64,000 nucleotides of DNA, from assembly GCA_965243395.1 (NCBI GenBank), contig CBDEUS010000001.1:608001-672000 (forward strand), given 5' to 3'. The translations under genes and the position numbers were made by a program. Origin of the DNA: Gammaproteobacteria bacterium (GTDB taxonomy: Bacteria > Pseudomonadota > Gammaproteobacteria > UBA4575). The notes under the pieces were generated by a model. The model searched no databases. It was not told the DNA's origin and saw only the letters and a program-made list of their open reading frames with translations. This document shows positions 1 to 9,239 of this stretch, piece after piece (within the stretch, counting starts at the first letter, position 1; every line of letters begins with the position of its first letter).

Positions 1-14
1 AATGTGTAAATCAC

Positions 15-773
15 TTACTTTATGAAATGAATTTTAGTCGCAATGATCCTGGAGTTTTTAATTTCCACATAACGGTAAGCTGGAGGAGGGTCAAGTAAAC
101 ACTGCATTACTTCATTGTTCGTTTTAAATTGATGGCAAGTCGAAGGAGTTGAGATTAGATGAATATTTGATAGTTTTAGATTAATTTCCTGGTGGATGTG
201 TCCAAACATCACCAAAACATTTTTTTCATGCTGTTTAAGTAATTTCATAAATTCATCTTGATTATGCAAACTTAACTTATCTAGCCATTTGCTATTTACT
301 TTAATTGGTGGATGATGAATAGCAATAATAAATGTTTGTTTGCTTTTGCTATTTAATATTTTTTCTAGCTGATTCAGATTATATTCACTGATGAAACCAT
401 GATGCTCATTATCGACACAACTATTTATTAAAACTAGCGTAGTCTCTCCAAAATTGATCATGTTAATAGAATGAGTGGGTGAGTTTGACACACACTTTTG
501 CAATAGTTGTGGTGAATCATGATTGCCCGGGACACAATAGATTGGCACTTTAATTTCTTGAATAATTGATCTGAATATTGAGTAACTCGCGGCATTTCCT
601 GTTTGGGAAATATCGCCTGTAACTAAGATAAAACTGATATCTGGATAGGTGCTTGTGCATGCAGATAATACGGATTGCAAGCTATTCTTGGTATTTATCC
701 CGCGAAACTCGCCATTAGTATCATCTAATAAGTGTGTATCAGTGATCTGAATAAACTTTAAGTTTTCTGGCAT
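15..773 (-). CDS. cpdA: 3',5'-cyclic AMP phosphodiesterase (CpdA/Icc-type metallophosphoesterase)
   Basis: Motifs ITDTHL, TGDISQ, PGNHD, HHPP, GHIHQ, TPSTCHQF. Confidence 0.85.
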   Translation of the reverse strand: MPENLKFIQITDTHLLDDTNGEFRGINTKNSLQSVLSACTSTYPDISFILVTGDISQTGNAASYSIFRSIIQEIKVPIYCVPGNHDSPQLLQKCVSNSPTHSINMINFGETTLVLINSCVDNEHHGFISEYNLNQLEKILNSKSKQTFIIAIHHPPIKVNSKWLDKLSLHNQDEFMKLLKQHEKNVLVMFGHIHQEINLKLSNIHLISTPSTCHQFKTNNEVMQCLLDPPPAYRYVEIKNSRIIATKIHFIK

Positions 774-903
774 TATTATGAAAATCTGTATATGTATGCA
801 GATATTTAAATACTACGAATAAAAAACTCGTTGTGTATACTGTTTAGCTACACGATGAACTTAAATTGCTAGTATTGCAATTATATTAGGTGCAGATTTT
901 TCT

Positions 904-1170
904 GTGAAAAATTTTATTGATTTTCTGGTAGATGCTATAACCAAAGGTACAAGGCCTTTTCGTATCCTGTTATTTGGCGGCATATTTATGGCTTTGATTC
1001 TCATGAATGTGCTTGCATTAATATTGAATATTGATACGAAAATAGGTGGAGATGTAAATCTCGAAAATATTTTGTTAATGATTTTTTCTTTATTTTTGGG
1101 GTTTGGAATTTCTTACAGCATTATTCATTTTGCTGATGCAAGTAAGCGAAAGCGTAACAGAAATAATTAG
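904..1170 (+). CDS. Small hypothetical membrane protein (two predicted TM helices)
   Basis: GTG start after AGGTG; two hydrophobic segments; basic C-terminus. Confidence 0.6.
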   Translation: MKNFIDFLVDAITKGTRPFRILLFGGIFMALILMNVLALILNIDTKIGGDVNLENILLMIFSLFLGFGISYSIIHFADASKRKRNRNN

Positions 1171-1179
1171 TTTAATTGC

Positions 1180-1485
1180 TTATTTCCATACGAAAATATA
1201 TTCAGTATTGTCCACACTGGATTTATTAATACCAATTATTATTTCTGCGTCTTGAAGTTTTAGATTTTTGTTTATCGAAGAGCCGTAGAGAAGCTGCCGA
1301 AATTGTTTGTAATCTAAATTCTGATCAATGTAGTTATTTTCTTGTAAATACGAAAACAATTTCGGCAAAGTAAAATGCCATTTATCAAGCTCGAAGCTAA
1401 AGTAAGCGCTTTTTTTTAATTGATTGAGCTCTTTCTCATCTTTTTTTGCCACTCTTTGAAAAAAAGAAGTAAGGATTTTTTCCAT
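1180..1485 (-). CDS. Hypothetical protein downstream of cyanase
   Basis: 101-aa ORF 18 nt downstream of cynS on the same strand; no family recognised. Confidence 0.6.
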   Translation of the reverse strand: MEKILTSFFQRVAKKDEKELNQLKKSAYFSFELDKWHFTLPKLFSYLQENNYIDQNLDYKQFRQLLYGSSINKNLKLQDAEIIIGINKSSVDNTEYIFVWK

Positions 1486-1503
1486 AAGAGCTCAAAGATA
1501 AAT

Positions 1504-1947
1504 TTACCAATCTGTATATTTCAGGAATTTTCCATTCAATGTAATTACAACACGATCACCTTTAGGGTTCTCTTCTTTATCAATATCCATCGAAAAATCA
1601 ATTGCACTCATGATGCCATCGCCAAATTTTTCACCAATGATTTCTTTGATAGTTTCTCCATAAACTCCAACGATTTCGTGAAAACGATAAACAACAGGGT
1701 CAGTTGGAATCGCTTTATCCCAAGATTTATAAGGATATTCTTGTAAGCAAGTGCAAACATCTTCTCCAAGGTCTAATGCACTGCATATACTTTTTGCAAC
1801 TTCTTCTGTAGTGCTATTCATTCCAAAACAAGCAGATGTAACCCAGGTAGTACCTTTGCCTACTTTACTCGCTAAATCTTCCCAGGATATTCCTTTAGCT
1901 TTTCTTGCTGCAATAATTTGCTCTTTCATTTGTTCTTTATTCATCAA
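1504..1947 (-). CDS. cynS: Cyanase (cyanate hydratase)
   Basis: N-terminal HTH-like domain; PTDPVVYRFHE (catalytic R/E), FGDGIMSAIDF (catalytic S), GDRVVITLNGKFL. Confidence 0.97.
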   Translation of the reverse strand: MMNKEQMKEQIIAARKAKGISWEDLASKVGKGTTWVTSACFGMNSTTEEVAKSICSALDLGEDVCTCLQEYPYKSWDKAIPTDPVVYRFHEIVGVYGETIKEIIGEKFGDGIMSAIDFSMDIDKEENPKGDRVVITLNGKFLKYTDW

Positions 1948-2117
1948 TCTCTGCTCCCAGTTAATAAAATAATTTTTAATTATCTCAAGATATACAATTC
2001 AATCATTGTTTTATTTTCTATTCCAGAGAGTTGTGAAAAAAGAAAAAACATACGCGCATAGACAAAAAGCGATTGCACTTTAATCGTGCATTAAACTGAA
2101 AAAAACTATTATTAATC

Positions 2118-2148
2118 GTTATTTGCTATAAGCCTTATAACAAATAAC
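2118..2148 (-). terminator. Long hairpin between cynR and cynS (possible terminator or mRNA processing site)
   Basis: GTTATTTGCTATAAG-C-CTTATAACAAATAAC; the single mismatch is a G-U pair on the minus-strand RNA. Confidence 0.45.
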
Positions 2149-2162
2149 AATACTGAATTAAC

Positions 2163-3098
2163 TTAATTTGAAATATCAAATTCATTTTGCAGCATACGTG
2201 CAGTTATATCTGAAGCTATTTCAATAAACGCGCGACTTGAAGGGCTTTTGTATCTGCCTTTATGCCAAATTAAGCTAACTGTTTTATGAGGGATTTCGGG
2301 TATAAGTACGATTGAGTATAAATTAGTGTTTTTACGGATAATTGTTTCTGGAAGTAAAGTAGCAAGCTTACCTAGTTGAACCATTTCAATAATTACACTT
2401 AATGAGTTTGTTTCAACGGATATGCGTGGTTCAATTTGATAAGTTTGGCAATAACGGTCGATATGTCTGCGAAGGGCAAAGTTGCTATTTAATAAAGCAA
2501 GTGACTCATTGCCAAAATCTAATGCACTCATTTCTCCTGAGTTATGACGTGGATGATTCTTGCCGACTGCCAAACATAAAGATTCTTCAAATAAAATATA
2601 ATTTTCGATATCTGTAGATTCATCTTCTTCTAGAGATGGACGTGTAAACGCAATGCCAATATCAATCTTGTCTTCGCCTACAGCTATTTCTAAATCATCT
2701 TGAGACATTTCCAAGGTACTGATTTTTATTCCCGGATGAAGATTGTTGAAATGGGATAGCAATGAGCACGTAAGGTGGTCTGTAATCGGTGTCCAACCTA
2801 AACGCAATGACCCTTTGCTTAAATTTTTTACATCATGAATAGCTCTTGTGCCTGCATCGAGTTCTCCCCACGCACGACGAGCATGGAATAAATACACCTC
2901 ACCCGCATCAGTAAGGCGAACCCCCCTCCCAGTTCGATCTATAAGTGGAGACTCAAGAATCTCTTCTAAATGTTTGATTTGCTGTGAGAGCGTTGGTTGA
3001 GAAACGTGCAACGCATCTGCAGCGCGTGTATAGCTACCTTGTTCAGCAATTGCGATTAGATACTGTAATGAGCGAGGAAAAACATTTCTTTGTTTCAT
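2163..3098 (-). CDS. cynR: LysR-family regulator, CynR-like
   Basis: LysR HTH (SYTRAADALHVSQPTLSQQIKHLE), DRTGRGVRLTDAG, FALRRHID; adjacent to cynS and divergent from the scn operon. Confidence 0.85.
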   Translation of the reverse strand: MKQRNVFPRSLQYLIAIAEQGSYTRAADALHVSQPTLSQQIKHLEEILESPLIDRTGRGVRLTDAGEVYLFHARRAWGELDAGTRAIHDVKNLSKGSLRLGWTPITDHLTCSLLSHFNNLHPGIKISTLEMSQDDLEIAVGEDKIDIGIAFTRPSLEEDESTDIENYILFEESLCLAVGKNHPRHNSGEMSALDFGNESLALLNSNFALRRHIDRYCQTYQIEPRISVETNSLSVIIEMVQLGKLATLLPETIIRKNTNLYSIVLIPEIPHKTVSLIWHKGRYKSPSSRAFIEIASDITARMLQNEFDISN

Positions 3099-3161
3099 AG
3101 TAATTTCTTATAGGATTTATAACTACAAAGACTTGGACTAATAATATACCACCATTAGACT
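3096..3161 (+). promoter_or_regulatory. LysR operator pair plus sigma70 promoter of the scn operon
   Basis: ATAG-N7-TTAT (T-N11-A) at 3097-3111 overlapping the cynR start; second box 22 bp downstream (3119-3133); TTGGAC(3133-3138)-N17-TAGACT(3156-3161). Confidence 0.65.
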
Positions 3162-3291
3162 TGTCATATAGCTAATCCTATATCCCTTAAGATAAGCATA
3201 TTAGCAAATACTAAAATATAAGGGATTGCTTAGGTTTGAGCGTGGGTTAGTGGAAATAATCGAACTATAAAAAATGAAGGAGTCCGGGATT

Positions 3292-3723
3292 ATGTCAGAA
3301 GCCACACGAAAACGTGTCTTAAATCATCTGGATTATGTAGGTTTATTGCAACCTGCGATTCACACCGAAACACATGCACCGTCACCTGATGAAGTAACGG
3401 ATGATCAATATCGTGCATACACTCGTCCATCACATGATATTGGTGGAGAACGCGATGTTTCAATTCAGTGGGAAGAGAAAGAAGAAGAGATTTGGGAGCA
3501 CAATACATTTGTGACATGTGAAGTGCTGGCATGGCGTGGTGTTTGGAATGCAGAGGAGAGACGTCGTCGTCAAAATGTGGATGTAGGTCAAACTCAATAT
3601 TTGGGACTTCCTTACTACGGCCGCTGGTTACTTACAGCTGCATTAATTTTAGTAGATAAGCAATTTGTTACCCTGACTGAATTACATGAAAAGATTGACG
3701 AGGTTAGTAAGCGCTATGAGTAA
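3292..3723 (+). CDS. scnB: Thiocyanate hydrolase beta subunit
   Basis: RAYTRPSHDIGGE, EKEEEIWE, LAWRGVWNAEERRRRQN, PYYGRWLLTAA match Thiobacillus thioparus ScnB as recalled; start moved to ATG 3292 (AAGGAG at 3277-3282). Confidence 0.93.
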   Translation: MSEATRKRVLNHLDYVGLLQPAIHTETHAPSPDEVTDDQYRAYTRPSHDIGGERDVSIQWEEKEEEIWEHNTFVTCEVLAWRGVWNAEERRRRQNVDVGQTQYLGLPYYGRWLLTAALILVDKQFVTLTELHEKIDEVSKRYE

Positions 3724-4084
3724 GCCACATTATGATTTAGAACATCACGTTAAAAAAGCAACTGGGATTGGAGATCCGCAATGCTTTAAAGGTGAAGCGG
3801 GCGATCCAAGATTTAAAGTTGGGGATAAAGTTAAAATCCGTGATCTACCCGATGTCTTTTACACACGTACACAAGCTTACACGCGAGGTTGCGAGGCTAC
3901 AGTCGTAAGACTCGTTTATGAAACTCCTCCGGCAGAAGATGAAGCTTGGGATAACACTGAAAATGTAGAGTGGATGTACAGTTTACTGTTCAAACAAAAA
4001 GATCTATGGCCCGAGTATGCGGACACATTTTCGCAGGACACTCTAGAAACTGAAATTCCGGAACATTGGTTGGAACCTGCATAG
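3716..4084 (+). CDS. scnA: Thiocyanate hydrolase alpha subunit
   Basis: ATGIGDPQCFKG, FYTRTQAYTRG, QKDLWPEY, DTLETEIPE; SH3-like NHase-beta C-terminal domain; ATG 3716 overlaps the end of scnB, GAGG upstream. Confidence 0.93.
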   Translation: MSKPHYDLEHHVKKATGIGDPQCFKGEAGDPRFKVGDKVKIRDLPDVFYTRTQAYTRGCEATVVRLVYETPPAEDEAWDNTENVEWMYSLLFKQKDLWPEYADTFSQDTLETEIPEHWLEPA

Positions 4085-4134
4085 CATTACAAGGTTTATC
4101 AAAGTTTAAATAAATACTATAAGAGGAATAAAAC

Positions 4135-4830
4135 ATGGCGGATAAACATAAAGCTGCACCAATGGTAGATGAAGTCAGTGAGTTTGAAATCCTTGAAATC
4201 GCGGTTCGCGAACTTGCAATTGAAAAAGGTCTGTTTACTCAGGATGACCATAATGCCTGGACAGACTACATGCATACTTTAAGTCCGATCCCTGCCGCAC
4301 GCTTGGTGGCTAAAGCGTGGCTAGATCCAGAATATAAAAAACTTGCGATTGAGGACGGAGTTAAAGCGAGTTTAGAAGTAGGTATCGATTGGGTTAAGCA
4401 AATGCCTACTCAATTCGGTACTCCAAGTGACTACTGTAATTTACGCGTTATGGCAGACACACCAACCTTAAAACATGTAGTAGTGTGTACTTTATGTTCT
4501 TGCTACCCACGTCCAATTTTAGGTCAGTCACCTGAATGGTATCGCACACCTAATTATCGTAGACGCTTAGTAAGGTGGCCTAGGCAAGTGCTATCAGAAT
4601 TTGGCTTACAAATACCTGATGATGTTGAAGTGCGTGTAGTTGATTCTAATCAGAAAACTCGTTATATCGTTATGCCCGAGCGACCTGAAGGAACGGATGG
4701 TTGGACAGAAGATCAGCTAACTGAAATTGTTACACGCGATTGTTTAATCGGTGTGGCACTACCCAAACCAGGCAAGACTGCTAACGACCCTCGCCCGGTT
4801 CGAAAAGCACTTAAACCTTATGGCCACTAA
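4135..4830 (+). CDS. scnC: Thiocyanate hydrolase gamma subunit (Co-binding)
   Basis: VCTLCSCY cobalt-type NHase motif followed by PRPILGQSPEWYR and YRRRLVRWPRQVL, characteristic of SCNase gamma. Confidence 0.96.
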   Translation: MADKHKAAPMVDEVSEFEILEIAVRELAIEKGLFTQDDHNAWTDYMHTLSPIPAARLVAKAWLDPEYKKLAIEDGVKASLEVGIDWVKQMPTQFGTPSDYCNLRVMADTPTLKHVVVCTLCSCYPRPILGQSPEWYRTPNYRRRLVRWPRQVLSEFGLQIPDDVEVRVVDSNQKTRYIVMPERPEGTDGWTEDQLTEIVTRDCLIGVALPKPGKTANDPRPVRKALKPYGH

Positions 4831-4836
4831 TTAAGA

Positions 4837-5238
4837 ATGACTTCAATTAACCCGGAAAAAATCGAACTCGATGAGGAGATGTCCCAGCGCAATTTGGATA
4901 ATTCTCCTATTGCTGTGTTAGAAGAAATTAAACAAGAAGGTAAAGGACGCACTTGGCAAGATCTCAGTAAAAAATGGGGTGTAGAGAACCCCGACCCACC
5001 TTGGAAAGTTACATTAGAAGCGACTTGTGATGTGTTATCGGAAGTGTCATGCGCTCTGCCAGGCATAGAAAGGCGTTGGGAAGAAGATGATCTCGTCGAA
5101 GAACTTTATAAAGATGTTCCTTATCCTGAACGACAATTATTAGCCTTGGTGCATTCTATGATTCGTCGAGGATTGATTGATGAAGAAGATTTAAGAAAAC
5201 ATATGAAGGTGGTAGATAAGCGTTTGCATATGGCATAA
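4837..5238 (+). CDS. Thiocyanate hydrolase activator / cobalt-insertion protein (P15K-like)
   Basis: NHase-beta N-terminal-like fold (PPWK..., YKDVPYPERQLLAL, RGLIDEEDL); ~15 kDa; immediately after scnC. Confidence 0.75.
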   Translation: MTSINPEKIELDEEMSQRNLDNSPIAVLEEIKQEGKGRTWQDLSKKWGVENPDPPWKVTLEATCDVLSEVSCALPGIERRWEEDDLVEELYKDVPYPERQLLALVHSMIRRGLIDEEDLRKHMKVVDKRLHMA

Positions 5239-5318
5239 AAAATTCAAAATAAAAAAAGCTATTTAAATAGCTAAAGAATAAATTAAATATTTCAAAGTAT
5301 TTAGAAGCAGAGGAGCAG

Positions 5319-5681
5319 ATGTTAAAAATTTTTATGAAATCTTCTTGGGGGAGCGACGACCCAACGCGTGCTGCTATGGTTTTAGGTCATAGTCATGCCT
5401 TAGCAAGTGCAGGTCATAACGTGCGTATTTTTTTGTTAGGCGAAGCAGTTTGTTTAGCTCGAGAAGTTGTGCGTGAAAATTTGAAGCCTGTGGGTTGGCC
5501 ATCTGTTGCTGAGCAATGGAAAAATGCTTTAGACGAAGGGGTGCGAATAGAATTTTGTGGTGCTTGCTCTAGAGCCAGAGGTATTACTGAAGAAGATATG
5601 GCTAATGCCGGAGGACAGCCTGGTAATCCGGATACTTTTGTGGAAGACACTGAATGGGCAGATAGGATTATTGCGGAGTAA
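5319..5681 (+). CDS. DsrE/DsrF-like protein (putative sulfur carrier)
   Basis: DDPTRA, VRIFLLGEAV, FCGACSRARG, WADRII; GAGGAG RBS. Confidence 0.8.
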   Translation: MLKIFMKSSWGSDDPTRAAMVLGHSHALASAGHNVRIFLLGEAVCLAREVVRENLKPVGWPSVAEQWKNALDEGVRIEFCGACSRARGITEEDMANAGGQPGNPDTFVEDTEWADRIIAE

Positions 5682-5846
5682 CTCTCTTATTAATATGTAT
5701 GAAATTAAAAATAAGGAATACATTTTTAACATGGAGGAAATAAGTTGCCTATTTTTCATAATATAAAAGGAAGTTTAATTTCGTTAACAAATGCTGAACA
5801 AAATGCAAAGCATTTTGGAACTACATTTACAGATAAGGAAACAAAC

Positions 5847-6638
5847 ATGGCGGAGCGCAATGGCGTACATATTAAAGTAAAGGATTTAACTCATAGATAT
5901 GATGCAAAAAGCCCACTTACTTTCGACAAAGTAAATGTAGAAGCAGAACCAGGAGAATCAATTGTAATTATTGGGCGTTCTGGTTGTGGTAAATCAACAT
6001 TACTACACATTATCGCGGGATTGCTTGGTGGTTATACTGGAACCAACCAGATAAATAACAAAGATGTTAAAGCTGCATCATCAAAATGGATCATGATGTT
6101 CCAAGCACCACATCTATTTCCTTGGATGACGGTAGAACAAAATGTTGGGACTGGATTACGTTTTGCAGGTTGGTCGAAAGATAGGATTTCTGAACGTGTA
6201 AAAGATGCAATTAGTTTAGTGAATATGGAAGAGTTTGCGCATAAAAATACGCAAGACTTATCAGGTGGACAACAACAACGTGTGGCTTTAGCACGGTCAC
6301 TGGTGATGGAGCCAGAAATGTTGCTATTGGATGAGCCATTTTCAGCTTTGGATGCGTTTACACGTGCTGCCTTGCAAAAAGACGTGCGCGCGATATCAAA
6401 GCAACTTGGATTTAACATTGTCATGGTGACGCATGATATTGATGAAGCTGTAATCATGGCCGATCGAGCGATGATCATGGCAGGTTCGCCGGGGAAAATG
6501 ACGCACGACTTAAAGATAGATCTTCCGGATCCTCGTGATCGTGAAGATCCTGAAGTACAAAAGTTACGAGCACACGTAATGCAAGAGTTTCAGGAAGCTG
6601 CAGGCTCGCCCAAGGGCAGCGAAACAGAGGAGAGTTAA
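5847..6638 (+). CDS. ABC transporter ATP-binding protein (NrtD/SsuB type)
   Basis: Walker A GRSGCGKST, LFPWMTV, LSGGQQQR, LLLDEPFSALD; start ATG 5847 after AAGGA. Confidence 0.92.
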   Translation: MAERNGVHIKVKDLTHRYDAKSPLTFDKVNVEAEPGESIVIIGRSGCGKSTLLHIIAGLLGGYTGTNQINNKDVKAASSKWIMMFQAPHLFPWMTVEQNVGTGLRFAGWSKDRISERVKDAISLVNMEEFAHKNTQDLSGGQQQRVALARSLVMEPEMLLLDEPFSALDAFTRAALQKDVRAISKQLGFNIVMVTHDIDEAVIMADRAMIMAGSPGKMTHDLKIDLPDPRDREDPEVQKLRAHVMQEFQEAAGSPKGSETEES

Positions 6639-6745
6639 GAAAGTGCAGTTTCTACAGTCGAAAAGGTCGACAAACAATGCCTAGATACGCGGTCTAGGTA
6701 TTTTGAAGAGAAAACTACGAGAGTAACGATGAGAGGAATTCCAAT

Positions 6746-8029
6746 ATGAAGAAAATTTATCAAAAACATGGTGAGGGGATTGTTCATGATGATCCTAATC
6801 TCGCCATTGAGTATGACCCTTTGTTTAGAGGTGCTCTAGGCACGGGCTTGAACCGGCGTGAGCTGTTACAAGTGGGTGCTGCATTAGGTACTGCGGGGAT
6901 GTCAATGCCGGCATTTTCCGCAAAGAAAAAGTGGGACCCAGTTATTAAGATTGGTTACATCCCAATTACAGATGCGGCAGCATTATTAATTGCGCATGAT
7001 CAAGGTCTTTTCAAAGCTGAAGGTATTGATTCCAAAAAACCAACACTGATTCGTGGATGGTCGCCTTTAGTAGAAGCTTTTGCTGCACATCGTTTCAACC
7101 TTACCCATATGTTGATCCCAATTCCTGTGTGGATGAGATACAACAATAAATATCCGATTAAAATTACCGCATGGGACCATACAAATGGTTCCGCAATTTT
7201 GGTTGGAAAGAATAGTGGTATTAATGAACCAAAAGATTTTGGTGGTAAGCAATTTGCAGTACCTTACTGGTACTCAATTCATAACATTGTTTCTCAGCGA
7301 ATCATGAAGGCAGCTGGTATCAAACCAGTAATTAAACCTCAATCTGCCAAGCTTGCTGATGACGAATGTAACTTCCTGGTTCTTGCACCACCTTCAATGC
7401 CGCCTGCGCTTGCCGCCGGAACCATTGATGGCTATTGCGTAGCAGAACCTTTTAATGCATTAGGTGAATTAAAAGCGGGTGGTAAAGTCTTGCGCTTCAC
7501 GGGTGATGCATGGAAAGGGCATCCATGTTGTGTTGTGGTAATGCATGAAGACGATGCAATGGATCCAGATCGTGCTGCATGGGCACAAGGCATACATAAT
7601 GCTGTGGTTAAAGCACAAATTATGCTTGCTGAAAATCGTGAATCCATGGCTGAACTGCTCTCTAAGGATGGTAAAGGCTATTTACCAGTACCTAAAGAAG
7701 TTGTGAAGCGAGCAATGATGTTCTACGACCCAGCTTATTACAACAATCCGCTTGCAATTAAGCATCCTGAATGGGATCAAAATCGGATTGATTTCCAAGC
7801 ATGGCCTTATCGTTCAGCAACGGAACTTGTTGTAAATGATTTGAAAGAAACTGTTGTCACAGGTGATGCTAAATTCCTAGACACACTTACTCCACAACAT
7901 GTTGCAGATGACCTAGTCAATTACGACTTTGTTAAAACATCTTTGGAATCAAATCCTAAATGGAGAAACGATAAGAGTGTTCCACAGGAAGGCGACCCCT
8001 ATGTTCGCACGGAGACATTTGTACTTTAA
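6746..8029 (+). CDS. ABC transporter substrate-binding protein, NrtA/CmpA/CynA family, Tat signal
   Basis: LNRRELL twin-arginine motif; IGYIPITDAAAL, AEPFNALGE, HPCCVVV. Confidence 0.88.
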   Translation: MKKIYQKHGEGIVHDDPNLAIEYDPLFRGALGTGLNRRELLQVGAALGTAGMSMPAFSAKKKWDPVIKIGYIPITDAAALLIAHDQGLFKAEGIDSKKPTLIRGWSPLVEAFAAHRFNLTHMLIPIPVWMRYNNKYPIKITAWDHTNGSAILVGKNSGINEPKDFGGKQFAVPYWYSIHNIVSQRIMKAAGIKPVIKPQSAKLADDECNFLVLAPPSMPPALAAGTIDGYCVAEPFNALGELKAGGKVLRFTGDAWKGHPCCVVVMHEDDAMDPDRAAWAQGIHNAVVKAQIMLAENRESMAELLSKDGKGYLPVPKEVVKRAMMFYDPAYYNNPLAIKHPEWDQNRIDFQAWPYRSATELVVNDLKETVVTGDAKFLDTLTPQHVADDLVNYDFVKTSLESNPKWRNDKSVPQEGDPYVRTETFVL

Positions 8030-8869
8030 ATGAGCAATGGAGATGCAAAAACTGAATTGATTGATGCTGGGGCAGGAGGCGTACCCAACCCACAACAATC
8101 ACTAGCTAAATCCTTTGGAACAAGTTTGTTCTACTGGGCGGCTGGCTTATTTATTCTCTTCGTACTCTGGTGGATTGGGGGTTATCTCATTGAGATAAAC
8201 CCCAATACCACAAATTTTAAGGATTTTGGACCCATACCAACGTTCCAAGCCTTTCCAGAGTTATGGGGTGAAGGAAAAATACAAGCTGCAGTCTATACAA
8301 GTGGGTTTCGTCTAGGTGCAGGATTACTGATTGCTATAATTGTTGGAATTCCAATTGGTATTTTACTTGGCAGAAGTAAAGTATTTCGTGATTTAAGTAA
8401 TTCTCCGTTTCAGTTAATTCGTATGATTAGCCCGCTATCTTGGGAGCCAATTGCGGTAATTGTTTTTGCTACCTGGAATGGCGCAATCGTATTCTTAATC
8501 TCAATTGCGGCAGTTTGGCCCATTGTATTTGCCACCGCAGCAGGACTTGCAAAAGTAGATCCTGCTTGGTTTAAAGTCGCAAAAAATCTTGGTGCAAAAC
8601 CGTGGCATATGGTTACTCAAATAATTTTACCTGCTATCATGTTTGACATCTTGACAGGTGTTCGTCTCGCACTTGGTGTGGGATGGATTGTTTTAGTACC
8701 TGCAGAATTTTTAGGGGTGACCTCAGGTTTGGGCTATTCTATTGCAGATGCACGTGAGACTTTATCGTATGACCAGCTAACGGCTATGGTGTTAGTCATA
8801 GGTATCATGGGTTATATATTAGATAGCTCGTGTGCAATGCTTATTAAAAAATATAGTTGGCATCACTAG
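8030..8869 (+). CDS. ABC transporter permease (NrtB/SsuC type)
   Basis: Multiple TM segments; EAA-loop-like VAKNLGA; LVPAEFLGVTSGLGY. Confidence 0.9.
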   Translation: MSNGDAKTELIDAGAGGVPNPQQSLAKSFGTSLFYWAAGLFILFVLWWIGGYLIEINPNTTNFKDFGPIPTFQAFPELWGEGKIQAAVYTSGFRLGAGLLIAIIVGIPIGILLGRSKVFRDLSNSPFQLIRMISPLSWEPIAVIVFATWNGAIVFLISIAAVWPIVFATAAGLAKVDPAWFKVAKNLGAKPWHMVTQIILPAIMFDILTGVRLALGVGWIVLVPAEFLGVTSGLGYSIADARETLSYDQLTAMVLVIGIMGYILDSSCAMLIKKYSWHH

Positions 8870-8921
8870 TAATGCTAACTAATTAAAAATTGATTTAAAT
8901 TTCTATCTAGGAGAAAAAACT

Positions 8922-9116
8922 ATGCAAACTCAAACAACTACACAAAGCACTATACAAGTTGCTTCGCGTACCTCAGCATTATCGAAACCGCTACAAATTG
9001 CTTGTGCAATTTTGCTTGGTTCTGTAATTCTTTATGGTGTAGGGTTTATGAATTCTGCAGCTGTGCACAATGCAGCGCATGATATTCGTCATACGCAAGC
9101 ATTCCCTTGCCACTGA
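8922..9116 (+). CDS. cbtB: Cobalt transporter subunit CbtB
   Basis: One TM helix plus C-terminal VHNAAHDIRHTQAFPCH signature; AGGAG RBS. Confidence 0.88.
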   Translation: MQTQTTTQSTIQVASRTSALSKPLQIACAILLGSVILYGVGFMNSAAVHNAAHDIRHTQAFPCH

Positions 9117-9141
9117 TGCGTAATTAGTTAAGTATGTGAGT

Positions 9142-9175
9142 GTGATGCTTTGGATAAGCATCACTACCTTATTTT
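9142..9175 (+). terminator. Hairpin after cbtB, probable end of the scn operon
   Basis: GTGATGCTT-TGGAT-AAGCATCAC followed by an imperfect T-rich tail. Confidence 0.5.
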
Positions 9176-9239
9176 ATTCTATTGAATGGTAGTAAGCGCT
9201 ACTATAAGTTGAATACTTAACTAAAGTTGGTAACTAAAA

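Noticed and set aside
4135-4830. Annotation as nitrile hydratase alpha subunit
   Set aside because: The split beta-like genes (scnB, scnA) and SCNase-specific sequence around the Co motif identify thiocyanate hydrolase.
5682-5846. TTG start at 5745 for the ABC ATPase and a short ORF in the spacer
   Set aside because: ATG 5847 has a proper RBS and gives the normal domain start; the spacer ORF has no support.
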